Positions 50,690-60,966 of a stretch of DNA of 62,203 bases are shown here, in pieces. The notes under the pieces were generated by a model that searched no databases, was not told where the DNA came from, and was given only the letters and a program-made list of their open reading frames with translations. The translations under genes were made by a program, and so were the position numbers. This DNA comes from Bradyrhizobium sp. (lineage in GTDB: Bacteria > Pseudomonadota > Alphaproteobacteria > Rhizobiales > Xanthobacteraceae): contig NZ_JADGRI010000001.1 in assembly GCF_017881085.1 (NCBI RefSeq), positions 1-62,203 on the forward strand. The letters run 5' to 3'. The number at the start of each line of letters is the position of its first letter. The stretch's first letter is position 1.

Positions 50690-51291
50690 GGTTTGGGTCC
50701 GGGCGCTGCGGCTGGTGGCAGACCAGACGCGCCCGGAGCCGTTCCGGCCGGCGGATTGGTGATGCCCGGGAGGTTCCCGGGGCCCCCGGGACCGACCGTT
50801 CCCGGAATGCCCGGTACCCGCTGGGCGGGCTGCGTTTCGTTGGATTCCGTCAGTTGCACCGTCCAGGCGCGCTGCTCGCCGGTATCAACCTCGAAGAAGC
50901 CGGTGCGGTCGAAACCGCGCGCCAGGCAATTCTCGGTGCCCTTGATAGTGAATTCCTTGTCGCGCGAGCACATGAAGGCCTGTCCCGACCATTCGCCGCC
51001 ACGGTCGTAATCAAGCGCGTAGATATAGTAATATCGCGCCACGAGCGTGCCTTTCAGCAGGGTTTCGCAGGCCCGCGACGACACATTCCACCAGCCCTCG
51101 GTGGTCCAGCCCTCGGCGTCCTTGTAGCCGAGCGCAATCCCGACCCGGCTCGAGGTGTTGTTGCAGAGACGGAAGTCCGCCGCCGCCGGACTGTTCCACA
51201 GGCACAGCAAAATCAGCGCCAGCGCCGGGAGCAAACCGGCGGTCAAGCGTGCAGCGAATCGGTTGGGGCAGTGGAAATTCGTCGGGATCAT
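50686..51291 (-). CDS. DUF1036 domain protein
   Basis: Signal peptide; RLCNNT, TEGWW, RYYYIYA and GFFEVDTG motifs; overlaps the pyk start. Confidence 0.88.
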   Translation of the reverse strand: MIPTNFHCPNRFAARLTAGLLPALALILLCLWNSPAAADFRLCNNTSSRVGIALGYKDAEGWTTEGWWNVSSRACETLLKGTLVARYYYIYALDYDRGGEWSGQAFMCSRDKEFTIKGTENCLARGFDRTGFFEVDTGEQRAWTVQLTESNETQPAQRVPGIPGTVGPGGPGNLPGITNPPAGTAPGASGLPPAAAPGPKP

Positions 51292-51487
51292 TCAGTGAAG
51301 CTATATCAAATCATTGACGATTTCGCGTGAGCCGGCCGGGACTGTCAACGGCCAAGGCGGCATTTTCGGCCAGTGGGCTGCCGAAATCCCGCTTGATGAG
51401 GGCCAATTTGCCCTGCGATATGGCAAATTCTGTGACAACTCCTACCTAATACCCCTTAAGGCTACGCAAAACCGCGAGAGTGCAGTC

Positions 51488-51790
51488 ATGGCGATTGACG
51501 ACAAGACCAGAACGGAACTTGAAGCCGCCACCTTCCGGCGTTTGGTCGAACATCTGCGCTCCCGGACCGATGTGCAGAATATCGACCTGATGAATCTGGC
51601 GGGCTTCTGCCGCAACTGCCTGTCCAACTGGCTCAAGGAAGAGGCCGACACCAGGGGCGCCGACATGTCCAAGGACGAGAGCCGCGAGGCCGTCTACGGC
51701 ATGCCCTACGAGACCTGGAAGCAGACCTATCAGGGCGCCGCCAGCCCCGAGCAACTGGCCGTGATGAAGAAGGCCCAGAGCGGGCACTGA
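51488..51790 (+). CDS. DUF1244 domain protein
   Basis: ELEAATFRRLVEHL, DVQNIDLMNLAGFCRNCL and VYGMPY motifs. Confidence 0.9.
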   Translation: MAIDDKTRTELEAATFRRLVEHLRSRTDVQNIDLMNLAGFCRNCLSNWLKEEADTRGADMSKDESREAVYGMPYETWKQTYQGAASPEQLAVMKKAQSGH

Positions 51791-51962
51791 CCGCAACGAA
51801 TCGCAACTTCCGCTTTCTCCTGTGGGCGCGCTGTGGATGAGCGCGATGTTGCCTTGACGGGAAGCGCGCCACTCTTGAGGGTCGCTTTGGGATGCGGTGC
51901 GTGATGAAGCGTGCGGCGCTTCCACTTTCCGCTTCAACCTCAGTTCCATTCAGGAGTACCCG

Positions 51963-52235
51963 ATGGCCACCTCTGCCGCCGCCGTCAAGGAAGAGCCCGC
52001 GACGACATTCGCAAAAGACCAGCTCAAGGCCATCATCGAGCGCATCGAGCGGCTGGAAGAAGAAAAGAAGACGATCTCCGACGATATCCGCGACGTCTAT
52101 GCCGAAGCCAAGGGCAACGGCTTCGACGTCAAGGCGCTGCGCACCATCGTCCGCCTGCGCAAGCAGGACGCCAACGAGCGCGCCGAGGAGGAAACCATCC
52201 TGGAAACCTACATGCAGGCGCTGGGGATGCTGTGA
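51963..52235 (+). CDS. gapR: DUF2312 / GapR nucleoid-associated protein
   Basis: [31 protein letters not shown] and YMQALGM motifs; CAGGAG RBS. Confidence 0.9.
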   Translation: MATSAAAVKEEPATTFAKDQLKAIIERIERLEEEKKTISDDIRDVYAEAKGNGFDVKALRTIVRLRKQDANERAEEETILETYMQALGML

Positions 52236-52327
52236 GGCACGACTGGCCGCACACACTCGTGACATCCACGCACCGATGTTCGATCGACACGCTGAGGCTC
52301 GCCCCGCGCTTCGATCGCGAGGCTTGT

Positions 52328-52358
52328 GGTTATGGGTGCTCGCTTTCGCGAGGACGAC
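52328..52358. repeat. REP-like half element
   Basis: GGTTATGGGT..CGCTTTCGCG..GACGAC resembles the right arm of 17376-17494. Confidence 0.55.
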
Positions 52359-52398
52359 ACCGGATTTGTAAAGGCAGTTTGCGTGTCAGGCGCGGCGC

Positions 52399-53988
52399 TC
52401 AGCGCAGCGATGCGGTCCGCGTCACGAAGGACTGCGTCGCGAGCTTCGCGGTGGCCGATCCCGAGAAATGGTCGGTGACCATTCCCATCTGCGGATCGTC
52501 CGAGAAGTTCATCGCGATCGCGGCCTGCGGCTTGACGAAGTAGACGCGCATCAAGGTCATGTCGGCGTCGCCGAGCACGGTGGAACTCATCGAACTGCTT
52601 GCGCTCGGCGCCAGCATCATCACCCGGATCCAGATGCTGTTGCCCGCGGCCGCGGCGAGCCGGGTTGAGGTCGCAACGACGCTGCCCTGGCCCTGCGGTC
52701 CCTTGGCGACGACGGTGTCGATTCCGATGGCGGGCGCGGCATTGCGCGAGGCTGACGGGCGGATGCTGCGCGGGATCGGCGCGCTGGCGGCGACGATGTT
52801 GGCGCGGTCGACCGGCGAGGAGGCCGCCGGCGCGTAGGCCAGTGCCTGCAGGGCGGAAACGGTCGCGGTCGGTTGCGGGTCGGCGGCGGCCAGCGCCTGG
52901 CGGGCGCTGATGGCGGCGACCTGCGCCGGGGTGGCCTGATTCGGTGTTGCCGGCGCGTCGCCCCAGAAGCCGCGGGCATTGATAATGTCGGCCGGTGTCT
53001 GTGGCTTCGCCTCGGCCTGTTGAGCCGGCGCGGCCGGCTTGGCCTTGGCGGGCTGGACGATTTGCGCGTCAGCCGAGGCCAGCTGGAACGTTGCCGCGAT
53101 TTGCGGTTTTGCGCGGGGCACCGGCACGGGATCGGCGGATTTGGCGGCAGCGGCTGATGCCGGAGCAGGCTTCTCGGTCATCGCGGTGCTCGCGCCTTCG
53201 TCCTCCTCGTCGTTCGACCTGCCCTTGAACAAGGACGCGAACAGGCCCGGCTTGCTCACGGTCGCAGCATCGTCGCCGTTACCGCGCTTTTCGATGTCGG
53301 CGAGCGCAAGTTCATAGCCTTTGAGCGGCTTGCCGTCCGACGGAACATGCACGGTGCGGCCGTCGGGGAAGACGTGGGCCAACTGGTCGTGGGTCATGCG
53401 CGGCCAGTGCCGGATGCTGCCAACATCGAGATGCACGAAGGGCGATCCCGACGTGGGATAGAAGCCGACACCGCCGCGCTGCAGGCGCAGTCCCGCGAAA
53501 CGGATCTGCTCGAGCGGCACGTCCGGAATGAACATGTCCATGGCGTGGCCGAGCATGTGCTGACTGAAGCGCGCCACGCCCGAGGATCGACGACGCAGCA
53601 TGGCGTTGGTAGCGGGGGAGCGATAGGCGGAAATGATCTGGATCGGCTTCTTGCCGTCGACGTCGCGGTAGACTTCCCAGAGGACGTCGAACAGATGACG
53701 GTCCATCACGGTCTGGTCCTGGCTGCGCCAGTCGCGGAGAAAGTGATTGATCTGCTTCAGCGCTTCTTCGTCATAGCGCCCGTCGCGCTTGAAGGTGACG
53801 GTGAGGTCTTCGCCGGAATGGGTGTGGTGGAAGGAAAGCGTGCGGGTTTCGTTCAGCGCGGCCGCGTCATGGACCGATCCCGCTCCCATCAGGAGCAACA
53901 GGGAACTCAGGCCGAGATGATACCCGGCCTTGGGCAGCGATAGTGAATTCAAGTGGCGTGCGAGACCAGTCAGCAAGAATGAGCCCAC
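52399..53988 (-). CDS. DUF882 / YcbK (MepK-like, peptidase M15) protein with long low-complexity C-terminus
   Basis: HTHSGE, FLRDWR, ISAYRSPATN, SQHMLGHAMD, GVGFY and FVHLDVG motifs. Confidence 0.92.
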   Translation of the reverse strand: MGSFLLTGLARHLNSLSLPKAGYHLGLSSLLLLMGAGSVHDAAALNETRTLSFHHTHSGEDLTVTFKRDGRYDEEALKQINHFLRDWRSQDQTVMDRHLFDVLWEVYRDVDGKKPIQIISAYRSPATNAMLRRRSSGVARFSQHMLGHAMDMFIPDVPLEQIRFAGLRLQRGGVGFYPTSGSPFVHLDVGSIRHWPRMTHDQLAHVFPDGRTVHVPSDGKPLKGYELALADIEKRGNGDDAATVSKPGLFASLFKGRSNDEEDEGASTAMTEKPAPASAAAAKSADPVPVPRAKPQIAATFQLASADAQIVQPAKAKPAAPAQQAEAKPQTPADIINARGFWGDAPATPNQATPAQVAAISARQALAAADPQPTATVSALQALAYAPAASSPVDRANIVAASAPIPRSIRPSASRNAAPAIGIDTVVAKGPQGQGSVVATSTRLAAAAGNSIWIRVMMLAPSASSSMSSTVLGDADMTLMRVYFVKPQAAIAMNFSDDPQMGMVTDHFSGSATAKLATQSFVTRTASLR

Positions 53989-54041
53989 CCAGAGGAGACC
54001 GATCGAGGAACTCTTCCACTACCCCGTGTGGCGGAAGAGGG

Positions 54042-54056
54042 TTAACGCAGTCTTAA
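54042..54056. promoter_or_regulatory. CtrA-type box upstream of the DUF882 gene
   Basis: Perfect TTAA-CGCAGTC-TTAAC; further TTAAC half sites between 54100 and 54170. Confidence 0.72.
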
Positions 54057-54248
54057 CGCTGGGTGGGTCACTCGAACTTTAGATCCCACCCCCCAAGTCG
54101 GCTTTAACCTAACCCGTCGAGTGTGGCGAAAAAGTGCCCTGGTTAACTTCCGGTGGAGGATGGTTAATGAAAATGGCCCCGCCTTGGTGGCGGAGCCATT
54201 GATTTTGCTCTTGAATTCAGCCCGGTCCCGCTGGAATGTGGTCAACGA

Positions 54249-56390
54249 TCAGCGGGTGAAAAGCCGCCGTTGCTGGGGACGGCCGATGGGCGCCGGCGGG
54301 GGAGCGGGCGGCCCGCCGAACAGCCGTTCGAAGAAAGAGGGCCCGGAAGAATAGCCGGTGTTGTCGCTGGCGAAGCTGACGCCAGCCGGCAGATTGCCGG
54401 TCGGGCGCGAGTAGCTCGGCTGCGAATGCGCAACGACGTTTTCCAGGTCCTTGTTCCTGCCGGTCTTCAACAGCGCTACCATGGTGGCGTCGCGGCCGTA
54501 GACGTCTTTGCGAAACTGCAGCTTGCCGCCGTCGTCCACAAACGCTGTCTGGTAGGTGATGTTGACCGGGATCGGCGTGGGGAATTTCAGGTCGATCTCG
54601 CTGTGGCCATACATGCTGCGGATTTTTTCCGGCGTGTAATGGTCGTTCGGCATCGTGATGTTGAGCAGGACGGATGCATATTGATCAGGATTCTGAACCC
54701 GCATGCAGCCGTGGCTGAAGGCGCGCTCTTCCTTGGCGAATAAATTCTTGTCCGGGGTGTCGTGCTGATACACCAGGAACTTGTTCGGGAAGTTGAAGCG
54801 GATGCGGCCGAGCGCATTGGCCTCGCCCGGCGGCTGCGAGATGTGGATGGAGCCGTCACGGGCGCGATCAAGCTTCAGCCCCATGCGTTCCAGCACGGTC
54901 GGATCCTGCTGCAGCGCCGGCAGATACTCGTTGTAGATGATCGACGGCGGCACGTTCCAGGTCGGGTTGACCGTGATGAACTTCATCGTCTCGGTCAAAA
55001 GCGGCGTCGCATGAACCCCCGGCTTGCCGGTGACCACCTTGGTTGTCCAGACCTGTGCGCCGTTCTGCATCACCTTGAGCGTATAGTCCGGGACGTTGAG
55101 AATGACATAGGCGTCGCCGATCGACGCCGCGCCCAGGTCGCGCGGCAGCCAGCGCCAGCGCTCCATGTTGACGATCACGGTGTCGATCTGCTTGTCGCGC
55201 TTCGGGCTGTTGATGGCCTTGACGGTCCGCTCGTCCAGCACGCCGGTGGCCTTAAGTTCGGCGCCTTCCTGGAACTTGCGCACGGCGCCGGCGACCTTTT
55301 CGTCGTAATGGGCGTCGTCGGCGTTTTCGGCAATGCCGAGCTTGGCGCGCAGTTGAGGCACGCGGGGATCTTCCACAGTGACCGCGGGCTGTTGCTTGCC
55401 GCGCGCCGGCGTGAATTTGAGCGTCGGTCCGTCGGGGATCTCGATCGCCGGTCCATCGCCCTGGCCGCGCAGTTCGGCAAGCTTTGCCTTCAATGCGCGA
55501 TAGAGCTTTTGCGGCGGGTTATAGCTGTCCAGCGCCGCCGAGGCGTCCTTGGCGGTGGTCACGTTGGCCAGCACCTCACTCGGATCAACCGGGTGTTCCG
55601 GATACTGGATATCTCCCGAGACCTGGGAATAATGCATCCGGCCGCTCTGCGCCTGGCGCGCATAGTCCATCATGCTGGCGGTCAGTTTCAGATCGGCTTC
55701 CGCAAGCGCATCGGGGTTGGAGGCGGCGGCGAAATCCGGCACCGGATAATCAGCGGAATTGAGGCCATCGGAAGCGGCATCCTTCAGCCGCGCAACGACG
55801 CCCTTGCCGGTCGGGGTCAGCGCGCCGCCTTGCGTCCACAGCGGGGCGAAGTCACGCGCGGTATAGAACTTCTCGATCGCGGTCCGCTCGGCCTTGCGGT
55901 CGAAATAGCGCGCCGATTTAGAGCCCAGCAAATCCCTGAGCCTGTCGGCCACCGGCTGATCAGCGGCCGGAATGTTGCTCGCGGCCTTGACCGGCTCGGC
56001 GGCCGGGGTGGCGGCGGCCGGAGCCGGCGCAGGGGTCGCGGTTGCCGCGTCCTTCTTGGGCGTGTCGGCGCTGTTGATGTCGGTGGCTGGAGCCGCGACG
56101 ACGTTGGAAGGCTTTGCTTCGGGCGCCTTTTCGGCTGCCTTCGGTCCATCTGTCCTTGCTGCTTCGGACGCTGGCGCTGCGCTGTCCAGCTTGAAATCGC
56201 TGACGGTCGGGGGCGGAACGTTGGCGGGTTCCGGGCGCGGGATCGCCGCATCGATCGCAAGTTCGGCGGCGCCGTTGCGTGCCGGATCGGCCTGGGCCCA
56301 AGCCGAGGTCGCGGACACCGTGAGGAAGGTGGCGGCGACGGCCATCAGCACACGGTCAAATCCGGCACGGTTATTCAAACGGTCTCGCAT
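54249..56390 (-). CDS. L,D-transpeptidase (YcbB/LdtD-like) with scaffold and PG-binding domains
   Basis: NMERWRW, NPTWNVPPSI, NALG.IRF.FPN and YQHDTP..SHGCMRV catalytic motifs; start at ATG 56390. Confidence 0.93.
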   Translation of the reverse strand: MRDRLNNRAGFDRVLMAVAATFLTVSATSAWAQADPARNGAAELAIDAAIPRPEPANVPPPTVSDFKLDSAAPASEAARTDGPKAAEKAPEAKPSNVVAAPATDINSADTPKKDAATATPAPAPAAATPAAEPVKAASNIPAADQPVADRLRDLLGSKSARYFDRKAERTAIEKFYTARDFAPLWTQGGALTPTGKGVVARLKDAASDGLNSADYPVPDFAAASNPDALAEADLKLTASMMDYARQAQSGRMHYSQVSGDIQYPEHPVDPSEVLANVTTAKDASAALDSYNPPQKLYRALKAKLAELRGQGDGPAIEIPDGPTLKFTPARGKQQPAVTVEDPRVPQLRAKLGIAENADDAHYDEKVAGAVRKFQEGAELKATGVLDERTVKAINSPKRDKQIDTVIVNMERWRWLPRDLGAASIGDAYVILNVPDYTLKVMQNGAQVWTTKVVTGKPGVHATPLLTETMKFITVNPTWNVPPSIIYNEYLPALQQDPTVLERMGLKLDRARDGSIHISQPPGEANALGRIRFNFPNKFLVYQHDTPDKNLFAKEERAFSHGCMRVQNPDQYASVLLNITMPNDHYTPEKIRSMYGHSEIDLKFPTPIPVNITYQTAFVDDGGKLQFRKDVYGRDATMVALLKTGRNKDLENVVAHSQPSYSRPTGNLPAGVSFASDNTGYSSGPSFFERLFGGPPAPPPAPIGRPQQRRLFTR

Positions 56391-56800
56391 CGTCACACCC
56401 CTTGGGCGAAACTGTCCCGCCATGGAACAGCTCTTGGCTTCGTCCGTACAGCTTGGCTAAAGCGCCGGCCCCGTCGTCTCGAAACACCATTCAGTTAACG
56501 TCTGCAGTCGACGTTTGGTTCTTCTGAAAGCGCTCCAAATCTCTCTTGTCACGCCTGCACGCAACGATTCCGACGCAGACGATACACGCGCCTCTGGCGT
56601 GCAGCCAGCGCCACGCGGGGCAGCTCACGACAAACTGACTTCAAAGCACCCGCTTTGCAACGGATTGCGCGCTTTTGCCACGCGCTTTTGCTTTTGTCTG
56701 TCACCGCAGCGCAACGGTTCATGGGTTCTGGCAAAGGCTACCGAACGGCTATTTATGCATTCCATCTCCGACACCGTAGCGCCACAATCCTCTCCAGTGG

Positions 56801-58309
56801 CTAGCGCGCGTTCTCCGCGTCGCCGGCCGTTGAATTGTCGTCGGCAGCCTCATCGAGCTTGCGGTAAAGCGTCGACCGGCCGATTTTCAATCGGCGCGCG
56901 ACCTCGGACATCTGGCCGCGATAGTGCGAGATCGCGAAGCGGATGATCTCGCCCTCCAGCTCTTCGAGCGGGCGCATCTCGCCGGCATGGGTCAGCATCG
57001 CCAGGGTCCCCGTCGACGGTAGGGGCGCAATAGGTATTTCGTTACCGGAGACCATGGCCGGCACGGTCGAATGAAACGCCGCAGGCGCGACGACCAGCGG
57101 TTCGGCGTGCGCTTCCGGCATCGCTTGCGACTGGGCGGCGGCTTGCGGAAAATCCGACAGCCCAAGCTGGTCGCTCTCGCTCATGACCACGGCGCGATAG
57201 ACCGTGTTTTCGAGCTGCCGGATGTTGCCGGGCCACTCCAATTGCGACAGGTGCGCCATCGCCTCGCCGCTGATGCCGGCGATGTGGCGGCCTTCCTCGG
57301 CGCAGAACCGAGCCAGAAAATGCCGCAGGAGATGGGGGATGTCTTCCCGGCGCAGCCGCAGGGGCGGGATCGTCAGCGGCAGCACGTGCAGGCGATAGAA
57401 CAGGTCTTCGCGAAACTTTCCGTTCTTGACGTGGTCGAGCAGTTTGCGGTTGGTCGCGGAGATGATGCGGACGTCGACCTTCACCGGCTTGCGCCCGCCG
57501 ACTGCCTCGACCGAGCCTTCCTGTAGCGCGCGCAGCAATTTCACTTGCGCCGCAAGCGGCAATTCGCCGACCTCGTCGAGGAACAGCGTGCCGCCGGAGG
57601 CTTCGACGAACTTTCCCAGGTGGCGCTCGGTGGCGCCGGTGAAAGCGCCCTTCTCGTGGCCGAACAGGATCGACTCCACGAGATTGTCGGGGATCGCGCC
57701 GCAATTGACCGCGACGAACGGTTTGGCCTTTCGCTCGCCGCTGCCATGGATGGCGCGCGCGAACAGTTCCTTGCCGACCCCGGATTCGCCCTCGATCAGC
57801 ACGGGAATGGTGGAGGCGGCCGCCTTGTGAGCGGTGCGCAACACGCCCGCCATGGTCTCGCTGCGAGTGACGATGTCGGTGAAGGTCAAGCGGCCCTCGC
57901 GGCTGTGACGGATGCGCTGCAGCTCGCCCTTCAGCGCGCTGGCGTTGAGCGCGTTGCGCAAGCTGACCTGCAGCCGCTCGATGCCGACAGGCTTGACGAC
58001 GAAATCCTGGGCGCCGGCACGCATCGCCGACACCACATTGTCGATGCCGCCATGGGCGGTCTGCACGATCACGGGAATGTTGAGGCCGGCCTCGCGTATT
58101 TTCGCCAGTACGCCCATGCCGTCGAGGCCGGGCATCACCAGATCCAGCACCATGGCGTCGACGACCGGCGCGTCCGGGGCGGTCAGCGTGGCGATCGCGG
58201 CGTCGCCGGAATCGACGACAATGGCGTCATAGCCGCATTTCTGCACCATGTTTTCGACCAGACGACGTGCGACGGCGTCGTCGTCGACAATCAAAATGCT
58301 GGCAGCCAT
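56801..58309 (-). CDS. tacA: Sigma-54-dependent response regulator (REC-AAA+-Fis HTH), TacA-like
   Basis: REC (VDDD, LDLVMP), GESGVGKE, GAFTGA and IGRSTLYRKL motifs; divergent from pepF and preceded by a CtrA box, the context I recall for tacA in rhizobia. Confidence 0.82.
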   Translation of the reverse strand: MAASILIVDDDAVARRLVENMVQKCGYDAIVVDSGDAAIATLTAPDAPVVDAMVLDLVMPGLDGMGVLAKIREAGLNIPVIVQTAHGGIDNVVSAMRAGAQDFVVKPVGIERLQVSLRNALNASALKGELQRIRHSREGRLTFTDIVTRSETMAGVLRTAHKAAASTIPVLIEGESGVGKELFARAIHGSGERKAKPFVAVNCGAIPDNLVESILFGHEKGAFTGATERHLGKFVEASGGTLFLDEVGELPLAAQVKLLRALQEGSVEAVGGRKPVKVDVRIISATNRKLLDHVKNGKFREDLFYRLHVLPLTIPPLRLRREDIPHLLRHFLARFCAEEGRHIAGISGEAMAHLSQLEWPGNIRQLENTVYRAVVMSESDQLGLSDFPQAAAQSQAMPEAHAEPLVVAPAAFHSTVPAMVSGNEIPIAPLPSTGTLAMLTHAGEMRPLEELEGEIIRFAISHYRGQMSEVARRLKIGRSTLYRKLDEAADDNSTAGDAENAR

Positions 58310-58368
58310 GGCTTTCCCCGCGCGCTACAACTATCTGTCTCGAATCGGGGCAATCTCGCCGATGCCGA

Positions 58369-58383
58369 TTAACGCACTCTTAA
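58369..58383. promoter_or_regulatory. CtrA-type box upstream of tacA
   Basis: Perfect TTAA-CGCACTC-TTAA. Confidence 0.78.
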
Positions 58384-58448
58384 ACGTTGCCGTCCCGCCC
58401 TTATTTCGCTCACGCAGCCTTAATGACTGAACACAGGTTTCGAACAAG

Positions 58449-60332
58449 ATGACCTCGCGCTCCACATCCGCCCTCCGCAAGCCGGCCGCTCAACGCAAGG
58501 CGGCGCCCAAGAAATCCGCGGCGAAACCCGCGGCCAAAACCAAGAACGGCTACAAGCCCGCCAAGCTGCCGGAATGGAACCTGGCCGATCTTTATTCCGG
58601 TATCGACGCGCCGGAAGTCACGCGCGACCTCGAGAAGATGGATGCCGATTGCGTCGCGTTTGAGACCGACTACAAGGGCAAACTCGCCGAAAAGACGGCG
58701 GAGCAGGGCGGCGGCGCCTGGCTCGCCGAAGCGGTGCGGCGGTACGAAGCGATCGACGATCTCGCCGGCCGTCTCGGCTCCTATGCCGGGCTGGTTCACG
58801 CCGGCGACAGCGTCGATCCCGCGATCTCCAAATTCTATGGCGACGTCTCCGAGCGGCTGACCAACGCGTCGGTGCACCTGTTGTTCTTCGGGCTCGAGCT
58901 CAACCGGATCGACGATGCCGTGATCGAAGGCGCGATGCAGACCGCCGCGCTGGCTCATTATCGCCCGTGGATCGAGGATCTCCGCAAGGAAAAGCCGTAT
59001 CAGCTCGAAGATCGCGTCGAGCAGCTGTTTCATGAGAAATCCCAGAGTGGCTATGCCGCCTGGAACCGGCTGTTCGACCAGACGATCTCGGCCCTGCGCT
59101 TCAAGGTCGGAGCCAAGGAGCTGGCAATCGAGCCGACGCTGAATTTCTTGCAGGACCGTGACGGCGCAAAGCGAAAGGCAGCCGGGCAGGCGCTGGCCAA
59201 GACCTTCAAGGCCAACGAGCGGACCTTTGCGCTCATCACCAATACGCTCGCCAAGGACAAGGAGATTTCCGACCGCTGGCGCGGCTTCCAGGATGTCGCG
59301 GATTCGCGCCATCTCAACAACCGCGTCGAGCGCGAGGTCGTCGATGCGCTGGTGAGTTCGGTCCGCGCGGCCTATCCGCGGCTGTCGCATCGCTATTATC
59401 AGCTCAAGGCCGGCTGGTTCAAAAAGAAGAAGCTCGCGCATTGGGACCGCAATGCGCCGCTGCCGTTCGCCGCCACCGGCAGCATCGCCTGGCCCGAGGC
59501 GAAGAACATGGTGCTGACGGCCTATCGCGGGTTCTCGCCGGAGATGGCCAGCATCGCCGAGCGTTTCTTCAATGATCGCTGGATCGATGCGCCGGTGCGT
59601 CCCGGCAAGGCGCCGGGGGCGTTCTCGCATCCGACCACGCCGTCGGCCCACCCCTATGTGCTGATGAACTATCAGGGCAAGCCGCGCGACGTGATGACGC
59701 TCGCCCATGAACTCGGCCACGGCGTGCATCAGGTGCTGGCGGCCAAGAACGGCGCGCTGATGGCGCCGACGCCGCTGACGCTTGCCGAGACCGCCAGCGT
59801 GTTCGGCGAGATGCTGACCTTCAAGCGGCTGTTGGCGCAGACCAAAAGCACCAAACAGCGCCAGGCGCTGCTCGCCGGCAAGGTCGAGGACATGATCAAC
59901 ACCGTGGTGCGGCAGATCGCGTTCTATACGTTCGAGCGCAAGGTGCACACCGAGCGCAAGAACGGCGAACTGACCGCCGAACGGCTCGGCGAAATCTGGC
60001 TCAGCGTGCAGGGCGAGAGCCTCGGTCCGGCGATCGACATCCGTCCGGGTTACGAGAATTTCTGGATGTACATCCCGCACTTCATCCATTCGCCGTTCTA
60101 CGTCTACGCCTATGCGTTCGGCGATTGCCTGGTGAACTCGCTCTATGCGGTCTACGAAAATGCCGCCGAGGGGTTTGCCGAGCGCTATCTGGCGATGCTG
60201 GCGGCCGGCGGCACCAAGCATTATTCCGAACTGCTCAGGCCGTTCGGGCTCGACGCCAAGGATCCCACTTTCTGGGACCGCGGGCTGTCTGTCATCGCGG
60301 GCATGATCGACGAGCTGGAGGGGATGGGCTGA
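58449..60332 (+). CDS. pepF: M3 family oligoendopeptidase F
   Basis: LPEWNLADLY, TLAHELGHGVH, AETAS and PHFIHSPFYVYAY motifs. Confidence 0.95.
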   Translation: MTSRSTSALRKPAAQRKAAPKKSAAKPAAKTKNGYKPAKLPEWNLADLYSGIDAPEVTRDLEKMDADCVAFETDYKGKLAEKTAEQGGGAWLAEAVRRYEAIDDLAGRLGSYAGLVHAGDSVDPAISKFYGDVSERLTNASVHLLFFGLELNRIDDAVIEGAMQTAALAHYRPWIEDLRKEKPYQLEDRVEQLFHEKSQSGYAAWNRLFDQTISALRFKVGAKELAIEPTLNFLQDRDGAKRKAAGQALAKTFKANERTFALITNTLAKDKEISDRWRGFQDVADSRHLNNRVEREVVDALVSSVRAAYPRLSHRYYQLKAGWFKKKKLAHWDRNAPLPFAATGSIAWPEAKNMVLTAYRGFSPEMASIAERFFNDRWIDAPVRPGKAPGAFSHPTTPSAHPYVLMNYQGKPRDVMTLAHELGHGVHQVLAAKNGALMAPTPLTLAETASVFGEMLTFKRLLAQTKSTKQRQALLAGKVEDMINTVVRQIAFYTFERKVHTERKNGELTAERLGEIWLSVQGESLGPAIDIRPGYENFWMYIPHFIHSPFYVYAYAFGDCLVNSLYAVYENAAEGFAERYLAMLAAGGTKHYSELLRPFGLDAKDPTFWDRGLSVIAGMIDELEGMG

Positions 60333-60689
60333 CGACGGCGGTTGAGCGATAGCGGTGCTCCTTGTACATTCAGCCGCTTGGAGCGTGAATGATGAACGAC
60401 GCCCGCAGCGAATCCGAGATGGAAAGTGCCGCCCTGCAAGTTTGCGGGATAGCCGACGATATCTAGCCGGGGACGATATATGGCCTCAGTTCTGGTGCCT
60501 ATCCGGGTCTCGGATCTCCCAATATCGCAATAGAATCCGGCCCACCCGCTGGATCCGGGACAACTGGCCGGCCGAGGTCCGCTAGTCACTCGCAAACGCA
60601 GTTGGTGCACAAAAGACCCAGTGCCGTTGCTCTCCCGGTTGGATTGCGGTAATTCCACGGCGAGAGACAAACAATCACCGGGGACACCG

Positions 60690-60842
60690 ATGGCAGAGCA
60701 TAACGAAGTGGCCTACACGACCGCTGACGGCAACGATTATCCGGCGCATGAGCAGACCTATGAAGGTTTCATCATGCTGGTGAAGTACGGAACCGCCGCC
60801 GTCATTTTCATCGTCGCCATGATGGCGATCTTCCTGACCTGA
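60690..60842 (+). CDS. aa3-type cytochrome c oxidase subunit IV family protein
   Basis: DYPAHEQTYEGF motif followed by a single TM helix; upstream of pntA. Confidence 0.82.
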   Translation: MAEHNEVAYTTADGNDYPAHEQTYEGFIMLVKYGTAAVIFIVAMMAIFLT

Positions 60843-60966
60843 TCGTTGCGGCGTTCGCGCCACCTCCCGGCGGCGCGAAGAAACTGGTCCGGTCGCAAAA
60901 CCGGTATCTATCTCTGCGAAATAAGCGCTAGTTTGCTCGCGCGCGCTGCGCGCCGCCGGAGGCCTT

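Noticed and set aside
56660-56740. Sigma-54 (-24/-12) promoter upstream of the L,D-transpeptidase gene
   Set aside because: The best minus-strand candidate (TGGCAAAAGCGCGCAA) lacks the required GG-N10-GC spacing.
60333-60689. Possible sRNA or small ORFs in the pepF to subunit IV intergenic region
   Set aside because: No convincing RBS, terminator or structure; probably promoter DNA for the pnt operon.
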